From the NCBI RefSeq assembly GCF_006345805.1, contig NW_021823901.1:1-20670 (forward strand): a stretch of 20,670 bases of DNA, given 5' to 3'. Below, in pieces: positions 18,383 to 20,670 of this stretch (position 1 is the stretch's first letter; the number at the start of each line of letters is the position of its first letter). Source of the stretch: Octopus sinensis. Taxonomy: Eukaryota. The translations under genes were made by a program, and so were the position numbers. Below the pieces are notes generated by a model. It did not search any database. It worked only from the letters and a program-made list of their open reading frames with translations, and was not told the origin of the DNA.

Positions 18383-18592
18383 ACCAGCTGCAGATTGAAT
18401 CTGCGCTTGCACGGAAGATTTGAAAAATTATAATATATAAGGATGAAACACGTGTTATTTTGTCTCTAATTTATATGTTAATGTTTTGGTGTATCCGCTG
18501 ATGAGAACTTCGCCTTGTAAATTATTTTATTTGCTAATTAAAGTCCGGCTGTAAAACACGGGAAATGTTTTTATTTTTCATTCCCTTCGAAA

Positions 18593-18683
18593 TTGTTCTG
18601 AAATAATTGTTCTAAATAATCGTTCTTAAATAAGTCGAAAGAAAAGCTACTATAAATCGGCACAAACTTTCCAGACAACCCAA
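18593..18683 (-). mobile_element. Mariner terminal fragment with triplicated inner 13-14-mer; TA at 18684-18685
   Basis: AAATAAGTCGAAAG..AAGCTACTATAAATCGGCACAAACTTTCCAGACAACCCAA matches the 14935 end. Confidence 0.85.
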
Positions 18684-20014
18684 TAGTAGTACCTGTTAAA
18701 TTCCATCTAGACGCGAGAACCTGCAGCCAGATGGAAGAACTATAAATGGTCTGTTATTTCTCTACTCACCTGTTTTCTCAATTTAAGATGCTGCGAACAA
18801 TGATGGTTTCTGATCACAGTCAGACAAAATCTTTAGCACCCACTGATTGACAAACCAGATACGTTTTATCTCCTTGTCAAAAGATCTATTATTTGATTTG
18901 GATTCAATCATGTAAAATAACATTTTTATCTTTTTACCATTGTAAAATATTTTATTACCTGAGCTGAATGTTTTTATGTAAACTATCTTTGATTCATTAC
19001 AGAGGACACACAAATCTTCACATTTTTCTTATCATTCTCAAAGACTCTATCACTTGATGTGAATACATTTTGTAAACAAATTTCTGACACCGCAGAGGAT
19101 ACACAAAGCCTCACATTTTACTTTTGAAAATCTTTTTAAATAAGAGAAACCAGTCAAGTTAATAAATACTTTTAAAAGACTCATTTTTACTCGTGCAGTA
19201 ATCCCCAAGTTTACTTACTTTATACACGCCAGCTCAATTCTATTCGTTCTCAGTCGAAAGACGTCTGTTGTTATTTCTTGTTGTATTCGTAATTGTGTAT
19301 CATGTTCTCGTTGTTTGTATTTTTGGTGGGTAACCAGATCGAACCATCTAAAGTGTAACTGTCCGAAACGGTCGTGACTTCTTGGACTTGACTGATGAAA
19401 GAAGGCCACGAGTGACCCGTCTTTTTTTGCTTGTCCTTCAAATTGTCGTTTCTCTTGTCCGCCTTTGTATCGTCTATCTGTCCAAACGTTTTAATGCCCC
19501 CTATTGCGTTTTTGTTCCATGTTTATATATATGTATATATATATTAGAAAAATGAGGTAATCAGAAGACGGATGTTTCATATTTACAGATATTTATTTTA
19601 TATTACATTTTTTACATATATATCATATCACTTAGATCATTAGCGCTTCTCCCATTCTAGTGTGGTTTTCAAATCAATAATATATATATATAGATATATA
19701 TATATAATATATATGTGTGTATGTATATGGGTGTGTGTGTGTGTGTGTGTAATGTTTTAGACTAATGGATATGTGTCAATTAGTGTATTAAAGTGTTGAG
19801 ATAATGAGAATTGATTAAGTAATCAGTAGATGGATTTGGTATTAATCACTAGTTTGTACAAAGGTCGTTTGGATCATCCTGCTACTGGCCCTTATGGGTG
19901 GGACCCCGTTCAACATGTGGATAAAAAAAATGTACAGGAAATGAATGGATAGACAGGGGTGGATTGAGTCACATTGAGTTTAAAACAAAGGATTGGTACT
20001 AGAAAAAGGAAGGG

Positions 20015-20038
20015 ATATATATATATATATATATACTA

Positions 20039-20088
<50 letters not shown>
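20015..20088. repeat. (TA)n microsatellite
   Basis: Directly visible. Confidence 0.95.
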
Positions 20089-20091
<3 letters not shown>

Positions 20092-20435
20092 GGCTAGAAT
20101 GTCGAGGGGAGTATACACACATTCACACACACACTCGCTTGCACATATACTCACAGAAAGTACTTTGGCCCACCAGGTCATATGGTCAATTTCGGCTGTA
20201 GTATAATTTATGATCGGAAGACAATCACACCAGAAGTCTGTCATGATAGTCACCTTATGTCTAGGGTAGCTCTCAGACAGTCTGACTCGCTCCGAGATCT
20301 ATATCACCGAGGGTGAATCACACACCCCTACGCCTATATATACATACACCCACGCACACACACACACACATATGTATATAAAAGTAGTTTTAGAGACAGA
20401 ACCATCCTCAACTCAATCAAAATTGAAAGATATTA

Positions 20436-20665
20436 TACCCGACCGATCCATAAATTGTAAATATAATACTTACCCTGTCTATTCAGAATCCCATAACTTC
20501 CATTTTAAAGACAACACGTGTTTCATGACATTATGTCGGTATTGTTGAGATATAAGGTCTCTAGTTTCAATACTCAATTAGATCGACGTACTCCCAATTT
20601 TCAGGTCTGGATTCTACACTGAAAATATAGAAATCATATTAAATTTTTTATGTCTCTGTCGGGTA
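20436..20665 (-). mobile_element. 230-bp mariner-type MITE (internally deleted element) flanked by TA
   Basis: Inverted ends TACCCGACCGATCCATAAA / TACCCGACAGAGACATAAA; TA at 20434-20435 and 20666-20667; retains CTTTAAAATGGAAG, which is also the start context of the mariner ATG at 14753. Confidence 0.7.
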
Positions 20666-20670
20666 TAAAA

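Noticed and set aside
18499-18520. CTGATGAG as a hammerhead core
   Set aside because: No stem II or GAAA follows.
19360-19405. Type II hammerhead (GAAACGGTC ... CTGATGA)
   Set aside because: Stems I and II do not pair.
20545-20598. Mariner C-terminal-like peptide VESRPENWEYVDLIEY in the MITE
   Set aside because: It lies upstream of the retained ATG, in what should be the leader, so the order is wrong; treated as chance.

Overview
AT-rich, microsatellite-dense eukaryotic DNA, mostly intergenic or intronic. I recognise the repeat families as octopus (coleoid cephalopod) type; this is recall, not a database result. No host protein-coding gene is confidently identified, and nearly all ORFs in the track are microsatellite or antisense artefacts. 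Contents: (1) about ten copies or fragments of a tRNA-derived SINE ('A'), including two ~830-bp tail-to-tail inverted pairs and two head-head stacks; (2) a second tRNA-derived SINE ('B'), including a head-to-tail trimer and a copy with a 14-bp TSD; (3) two non-autonomous Helitrons, one carrying a 5 x ~100-bp minisatellite; (4) a decayed mariner transposase 5' half, further mariner ends and a 230-bp mariner-type MITE; (5) Penelope-like fragments; (6) a Tx1/L1-like LINE 3' end. The most unusual feature is a ~1.44-kb tandem array (10781-12219). Its unit is a chimera of LINE ORF2 C-terminus, the end of an unrelated repeat, and a variable (TTA)n. The whole array stays in one reading frame to the LINE stop codon, broken by only two point stops. 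Other notable items are a 104-bp (TA)n-centred palindrome at the mariner breakpoint, an old bipartite-motif array split by later insertions, and several CpG-rich islands with ETS/YY1/CTCF-like motifs. The best of these is a candidate bidirectional promoter at ~17100-17345.
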